NCBI GenBank assembly: GCA_964658305.1
Contig: OZ210885.1
Span: 12,090,001 to 12,154,000, forward strand
DNA length: 64,000 bases
DNA from: Leptogorgia sarmentosa
Lineage: Eukaryota
Reading direction: 5' to 3'
This document shows positions 25,171 to 38,150 of the stretch, piece after piece. The notes beneath the pieces are model-generated. The model worked only from the letters and a program-made list of their open reading frames with translations, ran no database searches and had not been told where the DNA came from. Position 1 is the stretch's first letter. Each line of letters starts with the position of its first letter. The position numbers were made by a program, and so were the translations under genes.

Positions 25171-27362
25171 ATGATAACAAGTCATAGTTTCAAAAGTGGA
25201 CGGGTATTCTATAATCTAGCCGACAAAACAAACGAAATCATATATAGTTTCAAGTACTCTGTTTTGAACCTACGCGTAATGCGCATACCGATCATACATA
25301 CATTTTAGCGTCTACGCAAATGCGCATGAATGGACGGAATATATTGTATATAAATATATTATTATGATACGGTATTGAAAAGGGTAAATTTGGTTTTTAG
25401 AGAGCCACATTTTTCACAAACAATCGCAAAGCGCTGTGTCTATTTTAAAGACGCAATAACATAAAATGCGATATCATATGTCGTCAAGTTTCAATTCCTT
25501 ATGCAATTTGATATATGATCGCGGGAATTCCGGAATGCGAGATAGTCATGAAAGCTTATATCAAGTATTGAATACGTCTCCGCACAATCTCACGTCTTGA
25601 AAGGAATTATATTTGCGCTATTCGCTTATTCCCTAGCAGTAAACCATTTTATACATGCAAGATCGCGTATTCGGGACAGATAAGATGCGTGTATCGAAAA
25701 GCTGAAAACAAATAAGACTTGATCATCAAGCTACATACAGTAGGCGCAGATACATGTACACTTTGTGTACCTATTTTATAGCTTTGTTACCCATTCATGC
25801 GCATAATCTATGCCATTATGCTTGATAATACCTTTGTTTGTCCTTAATTTGTTTGTTGTCTCAACCGTAGTTAATGAGAAACGTTCTTATCTGCAACGCT
25901 CTGCACTGATATGCATGAAGACAGAAAACCGGTGGTTAACTACAGTTAAATGGATAGCAGGCTTTCGTAGATTGATTACGTTAATTGCCGTTAATTTGTA
26001 TTTCCTAAGATAATTGCATGTAATGAAAAGAATTCCTTTGGTATTCTTATAACCAATCGTAATTACAAATACATGCAGAATGACGATGTAAACCTCCTTG
26101 ATAACAAAACAATAAGTGCTAAGATATTTTATAATTTGATATTTCGCTCGTGTTGTGTTTGTCATTGTCGTCTGTGTGTACCAAATATTCCGTATCTCTA
26201 CACTCTTCCTTGTATTCATATAATAAACAAATTACTTCATGCGCAGTTGACTCGTTTGTTCGAATTTTATTATTTGCGAATCGTACACATCTCTATTTAC
26301 ATCATTGACGAAAGGGAAATGTTTTATGAGATTTGGCGATTGTCTACTTATACACTTTGCTTTAGAAAATTCGTACAGTTCCTCTCGTTTACAGAAAGAC
26401 AATACATAGAGATTGGCTACTTCACGTTTGGCGAGTGCATGCGATTTTTATTTACCAATTGTGATGGTAACTCGCTAAACTCGCTAAATAAACCAGTGAG
26501 CGCAGTGAACGAGTGAGCTTAGCGATCACAACGAGTGAATAATAACGGTACAAATGAGCAACTGTGAAGTTATTTGTTTATTACAGGCGTATAAAGAAGA
26601 GTAGAGATACGGAATATTTGAAACTGACAGACAACAATCACAAACACAACGCAAGCAAAATATCAAGATATAAAATTTCTCACTACTTATTGCAACGGTG
26701 CTTTTTGCCTTGAACAGTGGATAGATGCACACTCATTTCTCTTCTGGTTTGAAATATGTCAATACGAAGTCTTGGAATGGATTTAATGTGAAGTTACAGG
26801 GTTCCACATAAAGCGTATCACGCGGTTGTTGTGCAGTTTCAGTGTACGTTTCCAGTCCATTCTTTTGATAGTTTATGGTCTAGTCCATTAGAATAAGGTT
26901 CAATATGCGACCACACTCCTAAATTCCGAAGTGTTCAGCGAACACTAAATAAGTGTAAATTTGCACAATTTTGGTGTGGCTAAATGGGTGAGAGGGCGCG
27001 AATATTCCTATATCGTGTTTTGCATTGATTAATTTCTTTGGAAATCCCTCCTATTATCAGTAATAAATACAAACCAGATTTTTTTATGAAATTTATATAG
27101 CTATATTTAAAATAGTGACAAATGGTCCAGCACGTGGGAACAATATTATATATTACATTACAATTTAAATTTGCATCTTAACTTTCACAATCCGCTAAAT
27201 CGTATCGCATTCTAATGTACTTTCTCACAATTCCTATAAATATCTAAAGGATGGTAGTCTAGTAGATCATCGTAATTTATTGCTACAAAGTTATTTATCA
27301 ATGCAACCTCATATGAATGGAGGTGCTTGCGATAGCTCAATGTGTGCATTTTTTTACAAAGT

Positions 27363-30300
27363 AAAAAATAGGTTCGCAAAGCGCACATGTATCTGCGAAT
27401 GGTGAAGCAGAACTGACGGATGAGTCGTCGGAAAGCGCAATCGGACATGCTAAAAAGTCCAGGTTGCGCTTAAATCTACCTCTAAAGTATTGGTTTGCAA
27501 GCAATAAATGAACCTAAACTAAAGCTAACCCTAAATATGAAACTAATCGAACCCCAAAGCCTAACGCACAAAACATTAAAACCTAGAACTATACTCAAAC
27601 AGATTTCCTAAATCAGCATGCTGTCTTATTAAATATGCGATGTTTAGTTAGTGTTGACTGTTCTCATATACAGCATTTCTCACCTTCCTCCTTCGACTCT
27701 TTCGTGAAAAATACGAGGAAATTCCTTGGGAAAAAACTTTCTTTGTGCCTCCAATATGCATAAAACTATGGCTTTATACTGAATATCGTGGGATTACCTA
27801 ATATTACATGTAAATGTCATTAAATTATTTAATTATATCGTTTTGGCCTTATTTCAATTTTGACCGCCATCTTGAATATGATTAGATTTAACCTGCGAAC
27901 AGGCTACTTCAACAGAATGTATCCAGTTTTATATAGCGTGCTGTGACAAAACCGTTCATGGGTCGGCCATCTGGACAGTGTGCTCTGTACGCATTTTCAA
28001 TTTACAAATCGAAACGCCGATGAAACAGCACGCTGCCGTTTCAAATGCTTTGTTAAATTACAACTGCACATTGACACGGACCTGCAAAGTCAAGATTGTT
28101 TGCTTAAACCGTCGTACTTAAACACTGCACTTCACATTTTCGCAAAAATCCGATGGAACATCGCCTTCACTCCTCGAACGCCGCCATCTTGCATTACGTA
28201 ATTATAAGCAAAAGCTCGTCGCTGATTGGCTAGAAGCTAACAGCTAACAGCTAACAGGGTCATAGCCACTGAGCTATACTTAATATATCTGGAGATCGGG
28301 CTCTCCACTTTGAAGTGTCGCCAAAAACATGGCGGATTTTACGTCACACGTCCCCTATTCTCATGATGGTAATTACTGACCACAGTTGAAGTGTGTGCAG
28401 GCGCCGTTTCCAACCCCCCCTGGATTTTACTGTTTGTTACTATATAAATATATATACTGCAGTGTTGTTTTGATATTTTTTCAAAGAATTGAGATAAAGT
28501 ATTAAAATTCTCTTACATCTCAAAAATATATTGTTGTATTTGTTGATGTACGCGCCTATAAAATATAAATACCGAACGCGATTGATTAAAGAGGACAGGA
28601 ATGGAGCTTACTGCTTGTCTGACGGCCACCACTGAGCTATATTAAAGAAGACGTTGTTTCAAGACGAAGTTGTTGTTTTATTGTAATAACCACTGATATC
28701 ACCACTAAGTTTTGTATCTGTATGTATTGCAATTTCAGGTATATTCTATCGATGAAATTATTGAAAAATAAGTGCAGCATGTCAATATGAAGTGAAGTGT
28801 ATATATTTATAATGGTCTTGCTTGAAAAAGGTAATGCCACTATTTGATTGAACATTCAAGGAACAATTGCCTTTTAGATGCTTGATCTAGAATGTTTGAT
28901 ATCTGCATTTTATGCAATTCATATATCATTTTTATTTGCATTGAAGAATAATATTTTATCAGAAAATTTCCAAGATAATGATATAATATTTCAGGATATA
29001 CAATAATATATTCACATTCAAATCACAACAAATTTATTTTTTTTATTTTAACAAGTATGAGTAAACAAGTTCCTCAACCAATTCTATGGATGTCAATCCC
29101 CATTTGCTCAGCACCTAATTTTGCTGGCATATTGACTTTGATTAGCCAGCACAACTAAGAAATAAATACTTATCGAATTGTGTTCACTTTCTAGTTTAAT
29201 TTGATGCTTTCAACTTCAAAATCAATGTGAAATGGTCCAGTTATGTGGCAAATGTGATTGCACTCATCAATTTGCATTCAAGAGAATTAGATATGCATAG
29301 AATTGATTGAGACAAAATAAATATATTAATACATTAGTAATCAGATTAAATTTTAACTTACTTATTTATTATTTCCTTATTTATTATTTCAGCTACTGAA
29401 CATTGGAGAACAAATTATTAAAAACTATGTACAACAACTATTAACAAATGAATTAATTATATTAATTAGTTATTTAAAACAATATTATTATTGAAGAAAT
29501 CATTATTAAAACTTAGTTATTATTAAAAACAATGTCATGGCACCCATGCCAGTGGTGCACTGAACCTTGCTTCCTCCCATCTTTTTGGGGGCATAATAGT
29601 TATGCAAAGATTGTACTGCCATCACCAGAACCCATCAAGTTTGAACAACTATGAACAAACAAGACAATCAAGCAGTTAAATTCCATTGTATCACAGAAAG
29701 ATATAAATATAAAACTCCACAGTAACACTCCAAGTATGCCTACCTTCAATGTGTCATTATTACCAGTCATTTCCACCATTCCTTTGGTTTGACATTGTTC
29801 ACATTTAAGGTGGCCATGATCCATGTCTTCAACAACTTGACCATGACAAGAGCAATGAATATGAACTACAGTTTCATCCCTATTTCTAGACAGCATGGAA
29901 GAGATCATTCCTTTTAGCACAAACTGGGAGCATTCAGAATGCAGGGAAGCCAAGGAGGTTATGGAACAAATTGGCCAAGATAAAGATTGTATGGTCTTAC
30001 TTGCCACATGACCAGCATAGCATTCTTGTTTAATATTAATCAACAATAAATGTACTGTACATGTTTCACGAACAGTGTAATTGTAAAAATCTGGTGAAAA
30101 TAACCTCAAGTTTCACCCATGCAAGATTCCTACTGTGATGGCAGAAACTTTGATATTGTAAACTGGCCTTAAGAGACTGTTGTAAATAAATTTAAGCATA
30201 CATACGACCTCTCGAACGATGTATAAGCATAAAATAAAATTTCCTTACCAGTGTGACAACAGTTCTTTGTTGTCAAAGGAGTTGTGACATCCGTAAACAT

Positions 30301-30628
30301 AGCAAAAACGCGGCATGTTGATAATCAACAAAATTCAACGAAATATTGTTTTGAATTAAAAACTTTGACGTGATGTTAGCTGGATTTTAATATTTTATTT
30401 CGAGACAGGGGGGTGAGAAAACTGCTCACTTTCGGCAATGTTATTTGGTCAGTGGTTAGTCCCCTGAAATAGGGGACTTACTACGTCATAATGACGTAAA
30501 TTTGGCTAAAATCCGCCATGTTTTTGGCGACACTATTTTGTACGGCGTTGTATTACGACCCGATCTCCAGATATATTAAGTATAGCTCAGTGGTCATAGC
30601 ATAGTATCTGCGTTCGCAGATACAAAAA
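27363..30628 (-). mobile_element. Second HINE-like element of the same family, opposite orientation
   Basis: Minus strand: TTTTTGTATCTGCG-AA-CGCAGATAC...(TTAGCTG)n...AGCCAATCAGCG once the nested P insert is removed; 3' CGCAGATAC + GTGCGC-TTT-GCGAAC + CTATTTT at 27363-27397. Confidence 0.65.
28267..30592 (-). mobile_element. Non-autonomous P-type element with THAP remnant
   Basis: 34-bp TIR CACTGAGCTATACTTAATATATCTGGAGATCGGG; 8-bp TSD GTCATAGC (28259-28266, 30593-30600); subterminal IR GTGTCGCCAAAAACATGGCGGATTTTA; MPRFCYVYGCHNS exon at 30316-30249 with gtaagg donor. Confidence 0.85.
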
Positions 30629-31012
30629 TACATCTCCATTTGTGATGATGAAAATATCTTCTATGATAAAAAAATGGCAATATCGAATGCTGGTAGACAA
30701 CTGCTGTGTAGGTTCCGGATATAATAACATCACAACAAGCAACAAAAGTTCTACTTACTACCTAAACGTTAGAAAACAAATTCACTGCCTATATCGTTCA
30801 TTTGATGAGTAGAACTTACTATCAAGTGAATCCACTACTCAAGATTTTTCTTTTCATTGTAGCTATATGAATCCTTAAATTGCATTTTACATTAATTTTA
30901 ATAACGCGTCCAACTTGATCATGCACAACCTATTTGTGACTGTTACAGAAAATATCCTTTTAATGTTTGCTTCAATTTCTGAATTGATTATTTTTTCCTT
31001 CCTGATCAATAG

Positions 31013-31125
31013 GTGACCTTAAATGGGCAAAACATGTTGCAGTCTCTGCTGATGATCAATATGTCGTGTCGCTGTCAAAGGATGGGGATATCTGGAGTTC
31101 ATTCTCAACGAAGTCCTCGATAAAG
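31013..31125 (+). CDS. WD40-repeat gene exon (not in the ORF track)
   Basis: Pyrimidine tract + aatag| ... AAG|gtgtag, phase 1/0; GDLKWAKHVAVSADDQYVVSLSKDG...SSIK joins to VWNL of the next exon. Confidence 0.85.
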
Positions 31126-31458
31126 GTGTAGTACACAAGGCTACTAGTCATACTGTGCATATAGAAATACAAAACAATACAAACGTCCAAACACAAGAAA
31201 TTTTTTGAATTGTTTGTTCCACGTTTCGACTCGGCGTATTCATTATTAGGAATGTATACAATTTTTACAAAACATGGGTACATATACTTGTGAAAACGCA
31301 TTAATAATTCATGAAGAAAACACAGAGGAAATCATCAGCGTGCAGGTGTCAGTATATGTAATACGCAGATTTCGGTTGATTGGCATAAACTATAACTTTG
31401 ATTTTCTGATGTTATATCAGATGTGTTCTTAAATTAAAGAAGACTTGTATCAGACCTT

Positions 31459-31795
31459 CAGGGCCGCCAAGAGGTAGGCGTGGGCCCGGGGAAAATTTAT
31501 TTTAGTGGCCCCTATCTAATAAAATTTTCCCGGAAAAACTTTCTGTCGACAGGGGGGGGGGGGGGACTACAAAAAAAATTTCCAGACGAGTACGTTGCGA
31601 TTACTTCCGACCGACTTTATCTCTTCTTTACGCCAAAACTCGATACTACGCTCAAACAACCAGATATTTTTTCCTTTGCGCGGGATTATTCAACAACCAA
31701 AAAAGACGACTAGGGCCAAAAAATAGTTTTCAGGGGCTCCAGCACATCGGCGCCCGGGGCAATCCCCCCCCCTGTCCCCCCTCTCGGCGGGACTG
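31459..31795. mobile_element. hAT-like MITE
   Basis: CAGGGCCGCCAAGAGG...CCTCTCGGCGGGACTG imperfect TIR; 8-bp flanks CAGACCTT / CTGACCTT. Confidence 0.65.
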
Positions 31796-34228
31796 CTGAC
31801 CTTAGATAATCGAAGATATGGACTGGAAACCCTGGCTTAAACTGGACAACATCCGCGTTATGCGCTTTGTTTTAAACCCGGTAACTTCACATTCAATCCA
31901 TTCCAGGACTTCGTACTGACATATTTTAAACCAGAACAGAAATGAGTGTGCAACTATCGACTTTAATCACCACAAAAGGCTCATGTTATAAGGCTGATGA
32001 TACAATATAACGAAAACTCCAATAGACTCCTGAACTCAAATAAACTAACGAAACTTTCTCCAGTAACTTTATTCACGGGGTTATATACCTACAGTTAAAT
32101 GCGTACGTAAACAGTGAAGACGTAAGTTAAACAAAATCGTTAGAAAGATTATATTATTAGAAAAGTTTTTATTCCAAACCAAATCATAACCCTATAATTT
32201 CTAACGTCGTACATTCTACTGTGTCTTAGATGGCAGACCCGGCGAAAGATGAGGGCTCTGGAGCCTGTGGTTCCCCCGCTCCCTTTTTTGCAGGGAAAGA
32301 AGTCGTGAATTACTTGTCTTTCTTAACAAAGGAAAATATCTCTTCTCCTCATACAGTTATGAATTGATATTAGGTTTTTCCACAAGATCATGATTGTACC
32401 GGTCGTTAAAACAAAATCCGGCCTGAAAACGCCGGAAAACGTGTTTCTGTGCGCCTTAATAAATTTTTAAAATGTCCCGTTGAAGCATGTCCCCTGCCCC
32501 TAACGCATACGCACGATGAAAATTTTGTTTTGTATTGCCTGGATTGCCGTTTTTCTGGCCTGAGACAGGAAATTTATGACATTCGCAATACATCAGCAGA
32601 CACCGTCATCACTATAGGTAGCTACTAAAATGCATGTCACACGCTGGAACGGTCGAACCTACCTGTCATCATAGCTTTGTTTGTGTTGTTGGTTGATTGA
32701 TTGGTGAAGGAGTAGGTAAAATCTCACACAATTTCGGTTTCACATTGTGTTCAAGCAATTTTTCAACACTCGTTTGGGGGATGTATTCAGAGCGCAACTA
32801 ATTTAATCTAATAGTTAAATTTGCTGAGTTCAGGACAACAACTTACTAAACTTACTGAACTTGTTTCAAAGGTTCTTATCTCCTTCGCAACTACTTTTAT
32901 TTTCTAATTCGCATGACTCATTTAATTCCATATTGAACCGCTTATAAACTGAAACTGGTTTTCGAAGATTCTGATACACCGTAAAATGTTAGTCAAGTTC
33001 AATTTTTTCGCACAAGGGTGGACTGACCCCAGGAAGATGTCCTTTTCTCTTTACTATAAACTCGATCCTTTGCTATTGGAGTTACTGCGTTGAGAGGAGA
33101 CATCTGTTTAAACAAATAGCGTAAAATATCTTAATAATCGCACTCACGTAATGCAAAGCACTAAAACTGTAAACATTGTTCAGTAAAGTATTTTTGGGAC
33201 ATTCGCACCACTTTTTTCATGAGATGGCAAAATTTCCTATTCGAGCCCATTAATCCACTGATCTTTAACTACTGGATTTATCATCCTTTTGAAGATAGAA
33301 ATTTTTAATGAGATGAGATTCTAAAATGAGTGAAATCGATCGCAGTTTCCGTAAACGCTATCGCAACATGAATGGATGTCGGATTATAAAGAAAATGTCT
33401 TTTGCAGTTCAAGACATACACATAGCTTGTCATAACTTTTTTAGTGCTTTCTCGAGCGTTTTAAAAGCTTCACAGAGAATATTCTGATCCTTCGGGGCCC
33501 ATACTGAGGAGCCCCTTCATCATCACAGATAACCACAGTAAAAAAATTAAGATTTATTTCTAATTGCGGTGAAAAGAGAGCAATACCTGCACAATGTGCA
33601 TGCAATGATGTGAGTACAAAAAGTAACAACCACGTGTTTTGCGGGCCACTAACCTCCTAAACACCCATACGTTAGGAGGCGCTGAATACCATCCTTCAGG
33701 GTGACAGAACAAAGAATCACACGGCGTTCTTCTTGGTGTGACCTCATTAGTCATTCACGAGCAAATTTAAAGGAAAAAGACACCATTTTTGGAGGAAATT
33801 TATTCAGACAATGTTTATTTATTCCAAGTTATAACCTAAAGTTGTAGAAACGTCAAAAACACCACAATGGATTTTAGATGGTCACTCCAATATGGGCGCC
33901 ATTGGTTCATTTATGCATTACCGAAGCGTTGTCCAGTCATATTATAAGACTGTTCTTAATACGTATTTCTCGGAAATTGAAACGTAAAAACTAATCTAAA
34001 ACGTATTAACTAACTAGTTATGCTCTATCCAAATCTTTAAAATCTGCATAACGTCCGGTTTTTAATCGCTTTGAGGTGCACGCATAATATACTAGACCTA
34101 TTTATAAAGTCATTCATGTGCGTGTTAGTTTTTTTATTGATAATTAGTTTCGATAAAATCATTGTATTCACAAGTTTTAAGCGCGTGTTGCGTATCACAC
34201 AGAACAACTTTTCCTTTTATTTTTCAAG

Positions 34229-34637
34229 GTGTGGAATTTGTCTGATGGCAGTGTGATCAATGGAATTGATAGCGATGGCACACCTGAGATTGTTCGCTTC
34301 AGTTCTGATGGGTTGCAAGTTATAATTGGATGCAAAGATAACCATGTGTTCATCTGGGACTGGCAAAAGCCAGATGCGTCTTTGAAAGACGTCATTTTAC
34401 CCGCGTCCTATACAGTGGAAATAGCACGCGATCGCAACATGATTTACACATGCAGCCCTGACATGCATATTTGTGAAATCAATCTCGACTCACTACAAGT
34501 ATCGACTATTCGTCAAGGGTCGAGCGTCCCACCAGTAATATCACCCGACGGTAAAAGAGTATTATTTGGATCGCTTCAGAAAAATTTGTTTTTCCACCGG
34601 AAACTGTCAACAGGTAGTTGGATCGACCATAATGCAG
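34229..34637 (+). CDS. WD40-repeat gene exon
   Basis: ttttcaag| ... GCAG|gtgggt, phase 0/1; VRFSSDGLQVIIGCKDNHVFIWDW, ISPDGKRVLFGS. Confidence 0.88.
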
Positions 34638-37548
34638 GTGGGTAAATCAAGGATTATTTGAAACGTCTAAATACTTTTAAGTCATTGATGCGACTACAGG
34701 GTATTGTACTATCTTTATACACACAAAATTTATGTGTGTGAAATATCCGTTTTAATTGAGAATATGTTTCTCCCAAAAAAAGAGTGCATTCAAATTGATA
34801 TTGGATTCGATTTAAGAAATCGTCATGGCTTCACATGCTATTTTCTGATTACGAACAATACAATTAAAACGGTTTCATCGCGAGTATCTAGCTACAAGCC
34901 GATATGCATTATTTAGGTGTGTTGCATGTAGCTAGAGAAAGAATACCAAACCTACAAGATTGCTGTGATATATAGAAATCCTATAGGATTTGCAGCACAT
35001 CGATGCCGATGAATGTAAATCTCAATGCTTATTTAGCTTGTAGTGTCACCCACGCAATCAAAGAGCGCGCAAAATATGCGTTTGCGCACGCAAACATAAT
35101 TCGTCATTGGGACAATATTCATCGTCATAATGCTTTTAGGAAACGAACTCGCCCATATTTTTTCTGTTACGCCCGCAAATGACATTAACTTCAAATTTCC
35201 GTCTAACACCTAGCCTAATAGTGCTAACGCGCCCCAATTACCTGGACACTAATCCTAATTGCCTCTCCGCCTCGCCTTTACTAGCTAACGTATAAAATAA
35301 CGCGCAAATTGTTAGAGTCAGTCGTCAGACAGTCATAGCTTCGCGCTTGGTGAGTTATTATCAACTGTATTCTTTTGTGATGTTGCTTTAATATATGTGG
35401 ATAAATACTATATGTGTACAAAATCTTGTTAGTGTTGAGTATTTCATATGCAACTTCGCACAATACAACTCGAGCGAATCTCACATACTCAAATACTAAA
35501 AGCTCATCAAGAATTTTTTCCGTCATCCTTTTCAATTTATTTGCTACTATTCATTTCGCATTATATATGTTATAATTATATATTTTGACCTTATCAATAT
35601 TAATTCAGTTATCTCTGTGATTGGAAGTGGTATGAAGGATCCCGACTACGAGCCCTAATTCTGTAGCTCCATGTGCTAATTCACACGCAGTCATTTTTGA
35701 CGGGGTCACTCCTATGTGGTAAACCTGAAAGTTGCAACACTGGTAAATTTAAGTCGTCGATAGCTTGTCGAAAACACGTAAAAGAGGGTTGAGAACGAAA
35801 TAGTGGACCGCAATGTTATATGGTTAGCATGAGTTCTTCACCATTATTCATCCCCACAATATAATATCCGTTTCAATTCAGAATATATTAGTATTTCAAA
35901 ACCCCTCTCTCGTGAGTAGCTACAACACACGCCTCCAGGAGAAACTCACGACCTGCGGCAAAAGCGGTGACAGGCAATTTGTAAATGAGTTCGTGCAAAG
36001 AATCGAACCGATCTTAGAGGTAAAAGGTGCTTACTCTAGTCCGCATGTGGAGAAAATAAACGACGAACAATTGATCTCTAATTCAAAATTCATCAATCCA
36101 CTGCGGGCGTGAATATAGTTGAATCATACTAATTACTAACCACTAATTTTTCTGAGTATACAACAAATTCACAAAACTTTGTCTTTTTCAAACTCAAGGC
36201 ATTAAACGTTCACGCGATGCATCGTGTTTTGCTTAATGAACTGTTGAATGTCCAGTTTCGATGAGGTGTTTACAGAGTTCACAAACAAATGTCAGAACTT
36301 GTTGGAAAGCTGGCATGATTTGCCTTTGGACAAGACTGCTTGTCGTACTCAACGAGGAGAAACGAAAAATTTCTTCGTTATACAGAGCTTTATCGGCAAA
36401 CCAATAAGACTATCCGCTTGCGTAGCAATATTATGCTTAGCAAGGTAAGTAAATAATTCCCAACGTCGCTCTAAATTAATTCCAGTCAATGACTCATTTG
36501 CTATGAATTTGAAGTACGTGCCGATAAATTGTCTAGAAGACGAAATTTCGGCAAATATCACATCTGTACTTATAAGGTGCTCACTTCTTCAATTTGAAAG
36601 TCCATTATTTCGGTCAACCATATTGCTCTACATCGTACGTCTTGGCTATATGCACGCGGCATCTTAAGATCACCTTCACTTCTCGCCTTTTAATAGTTCA
36701 TTTATACGCGAGAACAGGCCATGCATTCCCACGATGCATTGTGCGCACAATGTTTTGAGTTTGGAAAGGACAACCTTTTTTGAATTAGTTGTACAGTACG
36801 TCACTCATAGTTGCCGCCAATATTGTATTTCCTGGGTCATTCTGCTGTTAAAAATGCGGGATCAAAATCAAATTGCCAAAAACAGGTGGTACTGAGAAAC
36901 ATAGTCCAACTGTCGAAACCATCTAAATCATCCGACTTTTATCAACACGGATCTCTCCTCGTAAGAAGTCTCAGCCATTCTGAATTTAAATTTTCACGCG
37001 TTGCTTTTTGGCAAAGCGCGTTTGCTGATGAATAGAGTCTCGGACTCACTACATATCTATAGGAAAAGGCTGCATCTCGAGAAAAATTCTTTCTCGCTAC
37101 ACATTTTGGTACCAAACAGTTTTACTCTTGGGACATATTGGTGAACGACAAACCTCAGTTCAATATAAAACATACACGACTGTTCCGATAACACAGTGGA
37201 CTTTATTGATTTTGTAACTTGAAAAAGCAGAGTGGCTATAGATCGCCAAAAAATCCAAGATGATGAAACGAACTCAAAAGCCACTCGTTCAAGCTAAAAG
37301 ATTTCAACAATGATCGATTGTTGTCTAAGTATCCTGAAATTTGAATCTCAAGCTTATCTTTCCGAAAAATATGTTGTTCCCCCATCAAAATTGTAAGTTA
37401 ATTTCTTTGAGTATTACTCGCAAAAAGCGGAGCCCGGCGTAAACGTTTATTAATTTGTGTTATTCACTGATTTGCTGTACTTATGAAATATTAACTGATA
37501 TACTTGACAACTTCAAATGACTTTAATTAAACGTTTTAGTTCTTTCAG

Positions 37549-38150
37549 GTCACCCTGACGACTCGATAGTTACAGCAATTGACATCACATCAAATGGGAA
37601 ATTTGCTTTGTCTGGAAGCAGTTCGGGAACATTGTCACTGGTCGACATAAAGTGTTCTAAAAAAGTTCAATTCGCAAAGACCGAATCTGGAGTCGCTATA
37701 CGTTTTGTCTTCGTATTAAGTGATGATGCCCGTTTCGTTTTTGTTGACGAGGTAAACAAAATCGAACTTAGAACTTTTAATGATATCGAGGCCAGTATGA
37801 AATTGGGTCAACCTGATGTTAAAGTCACTTGCATTACTGCTCTTGGTTCAAACTATGCATTGCTTGGTTGTGATGACGGAGAACTGTTATGGTTTCATCT
37901 TAGCAATGACTCGCAGTTGAAATTCCCAGCGCACAAGGATGCCATTTCTCAAGTTAGAGGCGAGCTAGGAGGTCATGATCGTTCACGTCGCTTTGCATCG
38001 GGGTCTATCGGTGGGTCTGTGAAGCTTTGGAATGTTGAAGAAAACTTGCCGACGTTAATATGGTCACATGAGAACATTTGTTCTGATCCCATTACCGCGT
38101 TAGAATTCGTGCCCTGCTCGGATGATATCATAGTTGCTTCTGGCAAAAAG
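37549..38150 (+). CDS. WD40-repeat gene exon
   Basis: ctttcag| ... AAG|gtatgt, phase 1/0; GHPDDSIVTAIDITSNGKFALSGS...AHKDAIS...FASGSIGGSVKLWNV. Confidence 0.9.

Larger units (their letters stand above)
21113..25213. mobile_element. Foldback element with tandem-array arms
   Basis: Outer inverted repeat GAATACCCGTCCACTTTTGAAACTATGACTTGTTATCATGATACG at both ends; exact terminus and TSD ambiguous. Confidence 0.75.
20271..25777 (+). mobile_element. Helentron-associated non-autonomous element (HINE-like) carrying a nested foldback insert
   Basis: 5' TTTTT-GTATCTGCG...CGCAGATA inverted pair then (TTAGCTG)n; 3' CGCAGATAC + hairpin GTACAC-TTT-GTGTAC + CTATTTT; no TSD, T-run flanks. Confidence 0.65.

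Noticed and set aside
35600..37440. Possible further transposon in this intron
   Set aside because: Composition hints at an insertion, but I could not find matching termini, a TSD or a recognisable ORF.
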